Virus record (IMG/VR): IMGVR_UViG_3300028591_008384
Length of the DNA: 52,368 nucleotides
Source of the DNA: a virus
Taxonomy: Duplodnaviria > Heunggongvirae > Uroviricota > Caudoviricetes
Direction: 5' to 3' (one strand)
Shown: positions 16,205 to 24,411 of the stretch, piece by piece
Numbering within the stretch: position 1 is the first letter of the stretch
Layout of the letters: each line of letters opens with the position of its first letter
Notes under the pieces: generated by a model
The model's input: only the letters and a program-made list of their open reading frames with translations
Told to the model about the DNA's origin: nothing
Databases searched by the model: none
Position numbers and translations under genes: made by a program

Positions 16205-16860
16205 TAGACAAAAAGCGCCGGGGTGGCTCATGGACTTAACCAGGGGAGAGCCACCCCTTGCCGCTTGCCGTTCTCGCATTTTTCGCTCCCTGGGGCGCCT
16301 CGGGGAGACAATCAAGTCATCCGAGGTACAATAGTAAGCAAGCGACTGTACCGCTACCGTAGCCTGTCGGGGCCATACCTTACCAGCCTTACTCGAGATA
16401 GCCGGGGACGGCATGTTGGTCTGCGGTAATAAAAGGTTGTCACCGGTGCGGTTAGGCGTGGGCTTTGCGGGCTTTCACCCTCGACCAGACGATGAACCCT
16501 AAGGTATTGTCCAGCCAAAGTGTTGCTAAGGATGTTGGAACGATATATAGTGATCGTGACGCTACCTGTCATAAGTTTCGCGGATAGGATTTGTCCCCTA
16601 TATTGCCCGCGCTGTTTGCCACACCTGTTAATGCCTGGTGGCCACGATGGCGCCGGAGTCCTAAGCACAGGCGCTATTAACACCTGCTCATTTAGACGAC
16701 CGCGTTCAATGGGTGGTAGCATTTTCTTCCAGCCCCTACGTGTCCCGGCCAGCCGGATGCGCATCCTGCACTGGTCTGCGAATTTCGGAAACCGAGGATA
16801 CCTAAGACGGCGCGACCGTCGGGCGGAATGCTACTAGAAACCCTATTCAGTATCCATTTA
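16205..16860 (-). ncRNA. large (~650 nt) ornate structured RNA, unassigned
   Basis: GGATAC/GTATCC, TAGCATT/AATGCTA, TGTTAAT/ATTAACA and GACGG/CCGTC stems; 3' GGGGTGGCTC/GAGCCACCCC then TTTTT. Confidence 0.6.
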
Positions 16861-16865
16861 AATTT

Positions 16866-17046
16866 ATCCGCATGCGTGGTGTTTGGGACTTCCACCCGTG
16901 TCAACGGCCTGTAACCGAACCCTGCATGCGGATCCTCGGGGAGAGCTACTTCCCCGGGGACCGGCTATTAAACACACTGGGCCTATTAGCGGGCCCTTAC
17001 CGCTTTACGCTCGCGTGGCCGGTACGCGGCTTCACGCATGCAACCT
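16866..17046 (-). ncRNA. ~180 nt structured RNA with two competing closing stems
   Basis: 3' CACGCATGCGGAT pairs with either 5' GCATGCGTG or internal ATCCGCATGC. Confidence 0.5.
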
Positions 17047-17089
17047 TCCCCAGAACAGGGTCGGCGTTATGGCATTTCGCCAAGATTTT

Positions 17090-17180
17090 AGTCCTCCGCC
17101 TTCGCGCTATGCCCGGAACACTCGAACCGGTGAATGCGCTCTGCCCCGTGCTGAAAGGCGGTCCTACCGACGGAAGGACT
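17090..17180 (-). ncRNA. tRNA-derived mosaic RNA
   Basis: 11-bp closure AGTCCT(T)CCGTC/GGCGGAGGACT; GGTAGGAC D-like segment; CCGG-TTCGAGTGTT-CCGG T-like arm. Confidence 0.45.
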
Positions 17181-17189
17181 CTAAAAGGA

Positions 17190-17290
17190 TGCGCATGACC
17201 GCAGTCCACCTTTATCTGCCAGTATTTGGCCGTCCCGGACACGGCAGGGCTCAGTAGAATCTGGAATTACCAGCCATACACTCATGCGCA
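17190..17290 (-). ncRNA. ~100 nt cloverleaf-like RNA
   Basis: TGCGCATGA/TCATGCGCA closure; CTGG/CCAG and GCCGT/ACGGC arms. Confidence 0.45.
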
Positions 17291-17296
17291 ATTTCG

Positions 17297-17654
17297 TGGA
17301 GGTGAGGGGAGTCGAACCCCTGTCCTAAACGCCATTCCAGTTCAACCATATCGCCATCAATCTATTCGGGCCCTGACCTGTTGCCCAAGGTGATCTAACC
17401 AGTGAGGGGTCTGGATTAAGGTAAGGTAGGCCATTCAATCCATAACTCCGGCCTAGATTTGAGAGATATGCACTTGGTCCCAGGATTTATTCCTCTCGCT
17501 TGTCCCAGGCAGCAGCATAACTACCGATTAGGCAGCCATGCGGCAGGCGAATGCATTGTCAGCATTTATTGTTTTAGTCCGTTTTTACGAAGCCACAGAC
17601 CAACTTCGGGCGAGGTCTCCATGGTCCGATGCCCAGTCGAAACCAAGCACCCCC
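17297..17654 (-). ncRNA. ssrA: tmRNA
   Basis: 5' GGGGGTGCTTGGTTTCGAC; 3' GGGGTTCGACTCCCCTCACCTCCA; tag ORF (A)ADNAFACRMAA* after ATAAAT. Confidence 0.95.
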
Positions 17655-17659
17655 AAAGA

Positions 17660-17845
17660 GCATGGGGCTAGTTCCCTATCACCCCAAGGAACCGGTCGAA
17701 CGAGTATCCAGGAAACTCAATCGTCCAATCGGCGACATTCGTAGGAACAAGGGGAATCCCGATTCGCTACCCCTCATGGGTCGTCCTCCCGTAAGGGAGC
17801 CAAGCAACCAAAACCCATGGACCACTTAATTGATCGTCCAGACTG
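17660..17845 (-). ncRNA. unassigned ~185 nt structured RNA
   Basis: CATGGGT/ACCCATG, GGGG/CCCC and GAGT/ACTC stems; 3' GGTTCC/GGGAACT plus GGGG/CCCC pseudoknot. Confidence 0.45.
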
Positions 17846-17856
17846 TTCCATTTTCG

Positions 17857-17930
17857 TCGGAGAAACCGGATTCGAACCGATGGCCTCGTGCGCCCAAGGC
17901 ACGCGCTCTACCAGACTGAGCTACACTCCG
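17857..17930 (-). tRNA. tRNA-Pro(TGG)
   Basis: CGGAGTG/TTCTCCG acceptor; CGTGC-CTTGGGC-GCACG; TTCGAAT T loop. Confidence 0.92.
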
Positions 17931-17934
17931 ATGT

Positions 17935-18352
17935 GCCCCTTTGCCTCACGGCGCCTTTGACGGCGAAACTCCCAGAGGGGGCTGACTCTTCCTACTTCTA
18001 CGATCATCCCCTTCCCGACGTTCTACGGTCAGTCCAGGAACAACGCCCCCAGCCGAGGGGCTTAGGTCGTTACGTCGGCGCACAGTTTGCACGCCCAGCA
18101 CATGGGGAGAATACCCGGATTGCATGCAACCCTGTACTCTTTACTATCAAGACCATGCCATGTTTTGGTACGACGAGGAACTACGATGCCGCTGCAGGCG
18201 GCCACTTTTCAAACTTTTCGGCGGTACGGGCAGGTAAAATCATAGGGGAGTAAACCCAGTTAAATACCCGTACCACCGCTGCACAATTAAAACGCTTCCG
18301 AACTGTCAATCTTCTGACCTGGCTCTCGGCCCGGTCGCCGTTCTTCCCGGCT
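17935..18352 (-). ncRNA. 5' structured RNA(s) of the island, ~420 nt, unassigned
   Basis: starts at the promoter TSS; GCCG/CGGC, GGTACGGG/CCCGTACC, GCCGC/GCGGC and GCCCC/GGGGC stems; no credible ORF. Confidence 0.5.
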
Positions 18353-18358
18353 GTACTT

Positions 18359-18387
18359 AATGTAGTAAATTACATCGCGAATGTCAA
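18359..18387 (-). promoter_or_regulatory. promoter of the ncRNA island
   Basis: consensus -35 TTGACA-N17-TACATT. Confidence 0.85.
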
Positions 18388-18403
18388 CCAAAAAGAGCGA
18401 AAT

Positions 18404-19387
18404 TTATTGCAGCTTATAATCTTTTCCAAGCTGCTTTATCAGTTCCATCGCAAATGGAGCATGTTTTTCCACATACCCAAGCAAATCTTCCCATTCGACG
18501 ATGCAAAGTTTGCTCAAACCCTTGGACAGATCCGTCAAGTTTGACCAGAACATGCCATCTGCATATTTGCACTCGTCCCTGAAATTCCAACTCAAGGGCG
18601 CGACACATGGACCGTGCAAGAATACCTCACCATGGCCATACTTATCCAGGGTAACGTCGTCGATACGCATTATCTTACTCCACTCATCATTTTTATCCCA
18701 GAAGACATACTTGCCTTTCAGACAGCCGGCGAGTACACCGAGAACCTGCTTCTCGATACCGTTATAGCTATTGACAATCTCGGAAACGTGCTCGGTGGCA
18801 TCCTTGATGGTATCAGTCAGCAGGGAGGTGAGGTCATCCCTTTTACCACGGAGTTCTTTGGTCACTTCCTGTATCTTCTTGTACACATAAAGGTCATGTC
18901 GTGCATTCACAGCATCCCAGTATTTCCTTATCATGGTGTCCACCATCGGGCCAAGGCGGTCATCCCCTATCACAGACGGCAACTTACCAAGTGCACCAAA
19001 CAGTGCCTTGTATGCTGCGGTATCTTCCGCCTGTTCTTTGAGAGCAACCGCGATTTCATCAAGGTATTTGAGGACGACCTCCACCAGCAGTTCGAACCAT
19101 AGTTGATGTTCAGCTTGCCATGAATCCGTTTCTTCCTTTGCCCGTTTCAATACAATATCAACGTCGGCCTGTCGTCCGCCATGGAGAGCGAGGACATCAT
19201 ATTGCTTACGTTCCGCCCTGGTTTTCTGGCGAAGCAGCGAATACAGGTAGTTAATTGCCGTGCCGTCCCTGCCAATGTAATGATATATGGAACGCTTGAA
19301 CTCGTCAACTGTAAAGTTGGCAAAATTCACTTTGTAGTGTTCCGAATATGCTTCCTTGGCTTCTTTGAGGAATTGCTTTCCGTCCAT
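18404..19387 (-). CDS. hypothetical protein
   Basis: 327 aa ORF. Confidence 0.85.
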   Translation of the reverse strand: MDGKQFLKEAKEAYSEHYKVNFANFTVDEFKRSIYHYIGRDGTAINYLYSLLRQKTRAERKQYDVLALHGGRQADVDIVLKRAKEETDSWQAEHQLWFELLVEVVLKYLDEIAVALKEQAEDTAAYKALFGALGKLPSVIGDDRLGPMVDTMIRKYWDAVNARHDLYVYKKIQEVTKELRGKRDDLTSLLTDTIKDATEHVSEIVNSYNGIEKQVLGVLAGCLKGKYVFWDKNDEWSKIMRIDDVTLDKYGHGEVFLHGPCVAPLSWNFRDECKYADGMFWSNLTDLSKGLSKLCIVEWEDLLGYVEKHAPFAMELIKQLGKDYKLQ

Positions 19388-19397
19388 AAGAACTGTC

Positions 19398-19847
19398 CTA
19401 TATGGTCACACCCCGGCGTTTCATTTCTGCGGTTCGAATCTTTTTCCACGTTTTGAACATATCTTTCGCCCGTTCCGATACGAGAATCTGCAATTCCTTG
19501 TCACCCAGCTTGCCCAATAGGTACTTCGGTACCATTTCGTCCTGCGGAGCAAACGAGGTATAGAGGATGAAGTCTTCGTTCCCGTCAAGGTCAACGCCCC
19601 ACTGAACTCTGTACATGTATCCGAAGCATCCGCTTACATGCGGGTCGCGCATTCCCTTGGGGAAGATGATGTATCCGTCTGGAGGATTCTTTAAGTATTC
19701 GCAATTCCGTGTAATGATGAATCCAGTATAGAACCCCATGTAGTCGAAGCCGTGGTCTTTGAAGTAGTCGAAGATTTCGACTCCTCGGTCCCCGAGTTTT
19801 TGTCGGAGGTGTTCTCTGTTTTCTTCATTTGCGTAGATTCTGGACAT
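19398..19847 (-). CDS. hypothetical protein
   Basis: 149 aa ORF, AAGGAGG RBS. Confidence 0.8.
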   Translation of the reverse strand: MSRIYANEENREHLRQKLGDRGVEIFDYFKDHGFDYMGFYTGFIITRNCEYLKNPPDGYIIFPKGMRDPHVSGCFGYMYRVQWGVDLDGNEDFILYTSFAPQDEMVPKYLLGKLGDKELQILVSERAKDMFKTWKKIRTAEMKRRGVTI

Positions 19848-20167
19848 ATCATTCCTCCTTTACGGTCGTTTTCTTTCGGTGACTTTACCAGCCTGCGACG
19901 GCAGTATGGGCAATGGCTCAACCCGTACACCGGAATACAATAGTTTACCTCAGGCGTGAAGTCTTCATCATAGTACAAATCAGAGTCGGTTGTATATTCG
20001 GCATAAACTGTCTGATAGAGGGTAGTTCCTTCTAGAGTCCATTTCACTTCGGACCTCAATCCAATCGATTGACCATGATGGTCATACACGGTTTCGTACG
20101 GCTGAATTGTTTCGCCTTTGCACAACGGGCAATCAATGTTCTGCTTTGTTTTACGCTTGGTTGCCAT
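19691..20167 (-). CDS. zinc-ribbon protein
   Basis: CPLC...CPYC; tail overlaps the next gene by 157 nt. Confidence 0.7.
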   Translation of the reverse strand: MATKRKTKQNIDCPLCKGETIQPYETVYDHHGQSIGLRSEVKWTLEGTTLYQTVYAEYTTDSDLYYDEDFTPEVNYCIPVYGLSHCPYCRRRLVKSPKENDRKGGMICPESTQMKKTENTSDKNSGTEESKSSTTSKTTASTTWGSILDSSLHGIANT

Positions 20168-20483
20168 GGATATCCCATATGGTAGTCTGTGTACCGGTCT
20201 TCAACTGGTGGAAGTTGGCCATCCATTCTGGGGTCTTGATCCAACGGAGCACGGCTTCCTGCTCGTGCTCTACCATGAACGGATCATTGCGCATCAGTTC
20301 CTGGGTTTCCTCGGACCAAAGTGTGAAGAACCAGTTCCCGAAGCGTTTCAGGCGGGTCTGGATGAAATTGTAGAACTTCACGCGACGGGCGTGGCCGTTC
20401 TTCCTCGCGGTCTTTTCGAGCTTCTTGAACTTATCGCGAAGGCTGATTGTCTTTCTTCCGATGATTACTGCGGGATGTGTCAT
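20151..20483 (-). CDS. hypothetical basic protein
   Basis: MTHPAV start, AGAGGA RBS, promoter 20509. Confidence 0.75.
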   Translation of the reverse strand: MTHPAVIIGRKTISLRDKFKKLEKTARKNGHARRVKFYNFIQTRLKRFGNWFFTLWSEETQELMRNDPFMVEHEQEAVLRWIKTPEWMANFHQLKTGTQTTIWDIHGNQA

Positions 20484-20508
20484 GTTTATCCTCTCTTTTG
20501 ATACTGCA

Positions 20509-20537
20509 AATGTAGCATCTTCGGAAAGGAGTGGCAA
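20509..20537 (-). promoter_or_regulatory. sigma70-like early promoter
   Basis: TTGCCA-N17-TACATT directly after the upstream TAG. Confidence 0.85.
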
Positions 20538-21005
20538 CTACCCGCGCCGCAGGCTGAATTTTGGCTCTATTCGCCGGCCACGGTCATAATCATCGCACGC
20601 GAACTTTGGCTTACAGTCCTCGCGATACAGGTATGCAGCCATGTCGGCAAGGTCGTCCAGGTTCGACTTGGTCCACCCCATGCCGCGGGTCAGATCCAGC
20701 CACACGATATATGCGGTTTCCCTGTCCAGCCGTGAATCCGGGTTCAGTGTTTCCCCGGTCAAGTCGGCATAGAACTGCATGGGCCCGTCACAGGACCGGC
20801 CATACTCAAGATACTTCCGATATGTCAGCTTCGACGTGTCGATGTTATGGAAACCCCGGAACTGGCACTGGTCACTGAACGCAACCTGGACAAAGGTGTC
20901 CATTACCCTCTCCATGTTCCGGTCGAGCCACAACTGTTCTATCGGGTCATCGGAAACCAACTTGAAATTGGGGTCTTCATTAAATAATGGAACTGCCTTG
21001 AACAT
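20538..21005 (-). CDS. hypothetical protein
   Basis: 155 aa ORF. Confidence 0.8.
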   Translation of the reverse strand: MFKAVPLFNEDPNFKLVSDDPIEQLWLDRNMERVMDTFVQVAFSDQCQFRGFHNIDTSKLTYRKYLEYGRSCDGPMQFYADLTGETLNPDSRLDRETAYIVWLDLTRGMGWTKSNLDDLADMAAYLYREDCKPKFACDDYDRGRRIEPKFSLRRG

Positions 21006-21014
21006 ATTGTATCC

Positions 21015-21224
21015 TTACATGAAGTCGAACTCGCTGGGCATGTCCCGGAATTCCTCGTATGCCTTCAGGTTTTTCCTGGTAAGTAGCCAGTATATGGGAT
21101 TGATTACAAGCATCAGCAGCATCGCATAGAATACATACAGGAAAATGCCGATAATGCACAGCGCGATTACGGCTTCAACCAGGAGGACAGGCGCAATGAT
21201 TATCTTAAAGAGAATTTCTTCCAT
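21015..21224 (-). CDS. small membrane protein
   Basis: 69 aa, long hydrophobic stretch. Confidence 0.75.
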   Translation of the reverse strand: MEEILFKIIIAPVLLVEAVIALCIIGIFLYVFYAMLLMLVINPIYWLLTRKNLKAYEEFRDMPSEFDFM

Positions 21225-21227
21225 TTG

Positions 21228-21407
21228 TCACTCCGCATAGATATTGGTGATTGCCAGGTTGCATATTCCAGTGCCGGAATATTTAGTCCTTGCCTTGCGG
21301 ATTGCTTCGTCTACGTCATCCGCATAACAGCTGAAATTTGTCTTGTTGTCCACTCGTCCATTAAATTTCCAATCATTCCATTCAACGAGCATTACATATT
21401 TCTTCAT
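21228..21407 (-). CDS. hypothetical protein (59 aa, absent from the ORF track)
   Basis: MKKYVMLVEW...NIYAE*, GGAGG RBS. Confidence 0.7.
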   Translation of the reverse strand: MKKYVMLVEWNDWKFNGRVDNKTNFSCYADDVDEAIRKARTKYSGTGICNLAITNIYAE

Positions 21408-21437
21408 CTACCGACCTCCTTATGTACCATCAATATG

Positions 21438-21656
21438 TCATTTCTCGAACTTCACTTGGCGCTGACTGATGTCCCCACACTTCTTGCACCGAAGGACATA
21501 CAGGTATGCGATTGGAATATCGCCGTTGTCACCCTGCACGGGGAGTTCGCGGACGGCTTCCCATTCATGCTTGCACCGGCGTTCAATCAGCTTGATAATG
21601 ATGCCGGTGATTCCCCAGGCAACACAGATTAAGAGCACAACAATGAGTTCAGTCAT
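21438..21656 (-). CDS. small membrane-anchored zinc-ribbon protein
   Basis: N-terminal TM, CKHEW...CKKCG. Confidence 0.75.
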   Translation of the reverse strand: MTELIVVLLICVAWGITGIIIKLIERRCKHEWEAVRELPVQGDNGDIPIAYLYVLRCKKCGDISQRQVKFEK

Positions 21657-21662
21657 AGGTAC

Positions 21663-21848
21663 CTACCTTGTTATCTTTTGGTTCATGAAATCAAGCAGCT
21701 CGTTATAACACCTGTCGCACAGGTGGACAATCGAGTCCACGAAGGTCCAGCCTCCGGTATCCCTCCATGCCTTCACTACTTTGCTCTGTCCGACCGGATA
21801 GTCGCCCTTGCACCTGTCGCAATGGTCATATTCTTGTAAATATGGCAT
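21663..21848 (-). CDS. small zinc-finger protein
   Basis: CDRC...LCDRCY; GGAGG RBS. Confidence 0.7.
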   Translation of the reverse strand: MPYLQEYDHCDRCKGDYPVGQSKVVKAWRDTGGWTFVDSIVHLCDRCYNELLDFMNQKITR

Positions 21849-21856
21849 ATTTCCTC

Positions 21857-22057
21857 CTACCACTCACGGACGTGGCCGTTCTCGAAGCGCATTTTGTACA
21901 CTTTCACGTCCCATGTCCCTGTGCCCGTCTTCCAATAGGTGGCCCATACTTCACAGTTCTCCCCGATGTGGAGACCGGGGGAACATTTTGCCACATAATG
22001 GACCGGATGTCCGAACTCGTCCATCTCCGGCTTCATAAGGGGATCAATCTTTTCCAT
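21857..22057 (-). CDS. hypothetical protein
   Basis: 66 aa ORF. Confidence 0.65.
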   Translation of the reverse strand: MEKIDPLMKPEMDEFGHPVHYVAKCSPGLHIGENCEVWATYWKTGTGTWDVKVYKMRFENGHVREW

Positions 22058-22493
22058 TCTTACCTACCAGTTCCCTAGGGTCCTTGATGAGATATCCACG
22101 ACCGTCGAGGTAAGTGGGTATCATGTTGATATACTTGAAGAAGGTTTCCTTGTCGCCGAGGGTACTGTCTTCGAGGACGAACTCGCCGGCATCCGGATTG
22201 AGCTTGTAGCTTCCGTTGATAGACAGGACCTCGGTGTCCATGTGCACCCTTCCGTCCTTCTCCTTGGTCCAGTGCATGAACATGATGGTTGCACGTCCCT
22301 TGGGAGTTTCGACGATGCCGGCCACCACATGGCCGATGCCGTCCCACCCGCACATGCGCCCGACCGTGTACTGGATCGGGGTCTCCGGGGGCATTTCTCT
22401 CCCGAACTTTTCTTTGAGCTTCTTCAATACTGCCGCATAGTCGGCATTGTTCGACTGTTTCAGCAGCTTCGCGTAGTCATTTTCTTCACTCAT
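22044..22493 (-). CDS. hypothetical protein
   Basis: 149 aa ORF. Confidence 0.8.
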   Translation of the reverse strand: MSEENDYAKLLKQSNNADYAAVLKKLKEKFGREMPPETPIQYTVGRMCGWDGIGHVVAGIVETPKGRATIMFMHWTKEKDGRVHMDTEVLSINGSYKLNPDAGEFVLEDSTLGDKETFFKYINMIPTYLDGRGYLIKDPRELVGKNGKD

Positions 22494-22819
22494 GTTCTTT
22501 TACCTCGTTTCGGGCTGTCCAGGCGGTGGCCATATTGACGAATCATATCGTCCACAAGGATTTCCCACTTGCCGAAATCGGCACCCTGCAGCTCGTCCAT
22601 GCGGAACGCGCCACAATCCTCGTCATAGTTGTAGTCACGTTCCATGAGCAGCCGGCACGATGCGTTCGGGAACGTGTGGAACATCTCCTCGAACCGCAGC
22701 ATGTCGGCAAGAATGTAACCCAGGGTGTTCAGGTCGGTTGACGCAAACACCGTGAACCGGGTGCCCTGTTCATCCTGGTACAGGATATCGTAATGTTCTT
22801 CTACCGGTTTCTTGCTCAT
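22490..22819 (-). CDS. hypothetical protein
   Basis: MSKKPVEEH start, ATGA/TGA coupling. Confidence 0.75.
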   Translation of the reverse strand: MSKKPVEEHYDILYQDEQGTRFTVFASTDLNTLGYILADMLRFEEMFHTFPNASCRLLMERDYNYDEDCGAFRMDELQGADFGKWEILVDDMIRQYGHRLDSPKRGKRT

Positions 22820-23160
22820 ATAGCGAACGCCTTCTCGTTGAACTTTGAACGGGCATGCTTGACGGCTTCCTCGTCGTCCGCATCCACGATGAACCCACGG
22901 TAGAACTCTGCTGTCGGGAAGAGGTCCTGTTCGGCCTTCCAGACGAAAAGCAGGGTCTTTCCCTTGTAGCCGTCCACCTGGCATTCAACGCCATCACGGC
23001 CTTCCTTGGATGCAGTCTGCAATTCCTCAAGGTCGTCCTTGGCCACGGCCACGATGTCATAGCCGAAGAAATCCTCCACCTTTCCATGAAGGTAGAGACC
23101 ACCGATGCCATGCCACTTCTGGTCACCGTCTTCAATCTTTTCAACACTAGCAAACAGCAT
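22816..23160 (-). CDS. hypothetical protein
   Basis: 114 aa ORF, TAATG coupling with coaD. Confidence 0.75.
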   Translation of the reverse strand: MLFASVEKIEDGDQKWHGIGGLYLHGKVEDFFGYDIVAVAKDDLEELQTASKEGRDGVECQVDGYKGKTLLFVWKAEQDLFPTAEFYRGFIVDADDEEAVKHARSKFNEKAFAI

Positions 23161-23696
23161 TACTTGCCCTCCTTGCTATCAATGATTAAGTTTGCCACCG
23201 GTTCCGGGACCGGGATTTCATCCGGTGGGAGATACTTGACCATCTCCCGCACAAGGGAGCTCGATACGCTCCGGTATTTCGGTTTCGCAATCAGCGGGAT
23301 GAACTCGAAACGGATCATGTGGCTGAACCACTTGTACTGGTCGGCCAGGTTCAGTTCATCGGTAGCATCGGTTGCATTACGGATGCCGCGGATGATGTTC
23401 ATGCAGTTTTCGAGATATTCGCGGTGGTTGCTCATGTAGTCGAGAACGGTATGTTCCGGCTTCAAGATGTCAACATAGAACTCCGTCCTGGGGCAGCGGC
23501 CCTTGGCGCCCTCGATTGCAAGCGACGCACGGATTGCATCCTGCATTTCCCTCGCGGGAATGAAGCGTTCCCCCTTGCCGGGGTTCTGGGAAATCAGGAT
23601 GACCACCTTGTCAAACAGGTCGCCCGCACGGAGTGCGATATCGAGGTGACCGTTGGTAAAGGGATCGAATGAACCGGGATATACACAAGTTTTCAT
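23160..23696 (-). CDS. coaD: phosphopantetheine adenylyltransferase
   Basis: VYPGSFDPFTNGH, IIRGIR..D..DE, SVSSSLVRE motifs. Confidence 0.9.
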   Translation of the reverse strand: MKTCVYPGSFDPFTNGHLDIALRAGDLFDKVVILISQNPGKGERFIPAREMQDAIRASLAIEGAKGRCPRTEFYVDILKPEHTVLDYMSNHREYLENCMNIIRGIRNATDATDELNLADQYKWFSHMIRFEFIPLIAKPKYRSVSSSLVREMVKYLPPDEIPVPEPVANLIIDSKEGK

Positions 23697-23704
23697 GATT
23701 ACTC

Positions 23705-24172
23705 CTAGTAGCAGACGCCTGGGAAACCGCAAGTTTCTGCCACATTGTTCAAGATTGTTTCACGTTCGGTCTGGGAAAGTGCCGGGAGATTCTTGTAGTC
23801 GTTGGCGATATTGTACTTCGCCTTAGCGAGCCAGTAGAAGTCCCGCATCCGGTAGTCCATGTCGGTAAGCCGGTCATACGCCTCTCCGCGTTCCCAAGCG
23901 TTGAGCATTTCGGAATTGAGACGTTTGTGCCTACGGCATTCCGGTTTCACCTGGTCGTTTTCAAGGGCATGCTTCATCGCGTCCTCGCGGCTGAGGAACA
24001 CGATGTCATCGCCGACCGCTGCGGCAAACCCGTCGGCACGGCTTTCCAGGATATTATAGAACCGGAGGAGGGTCGCGTAGGCCTCCCCGTGGTCATGGCC
24101 CTTGCCGAACGGGACATTTATTGGCTGTCCGGACGGCACAAACTTGCCGAGACAAACTGCTGCGATAATCAT
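23705..24172 (-). CDS. hypothetical protein
   Basis: 155 aa ORF. Confidence 0.75.
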   Translation of the reverse strand: MIIAAVCLGKFVPSGQPINVPFGKGHDHGEAYATLLRFYNILESRADGFAAAVGDDIVFLSREDAMKHALENDQVKPECRRHKRLNSEMLNAWERGEAYDRLTDMDYRMRDFYWLAKAKYNIANDYKNLPALSQTERETILNNVAETCGFPGVCY

Positions 24173-24180
24173 TCAGTCTC

Positions 24181-24411
24181 CTAGTAGAACACCTGGGTCA
24201 ACTGGTCCGCCAGACGGTACAGGTTGTTCAGTTCCTGTTCCGTCATGGCACCGAGTTCGCCCTCGGTAAAGATTTGCTGCAAGCAGAAGAACGGATCGTA
24301 CCACGATTCGCCACAGCCCATGCTGTTGCGGCCCGGAATGGGCTTCGCGTTCTTGCACTGTTCAAGGAGCTGTTCCTTGGTGAAATGTTCACTTTCTGCC
24401 ATGATTACCAA
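24181..24411 (-). CDS. hypothetical protein
   Basis: ~76 aa ORF; start uncertain. Confidence 0.7.
   Translation of the reverse strand: MVIMAESEHFTKEQLLEQCKNAKPIPGRNSMGCGESWYDPFFCLQQIFTEGELGAMTEQELNNLYRLADQLTQVFY

Noticed and set aside
13661-18253. ORF-track entries inside the RNA island (e.g. 13661..14404, 14882..15667, 16354..16764)
   Set aside because: They overlap tRNAs or the tmRNA, lack an RBS, have R/P/G/C-rich composition and lack the codon bias of the real genes.
19691-19847. 157-nt overlap as a true overprinted dual-coding region
   Set aside because: The tail after the CPYC motif is low-complexity S/T/K-rich and looks like read-through from a lost stop.
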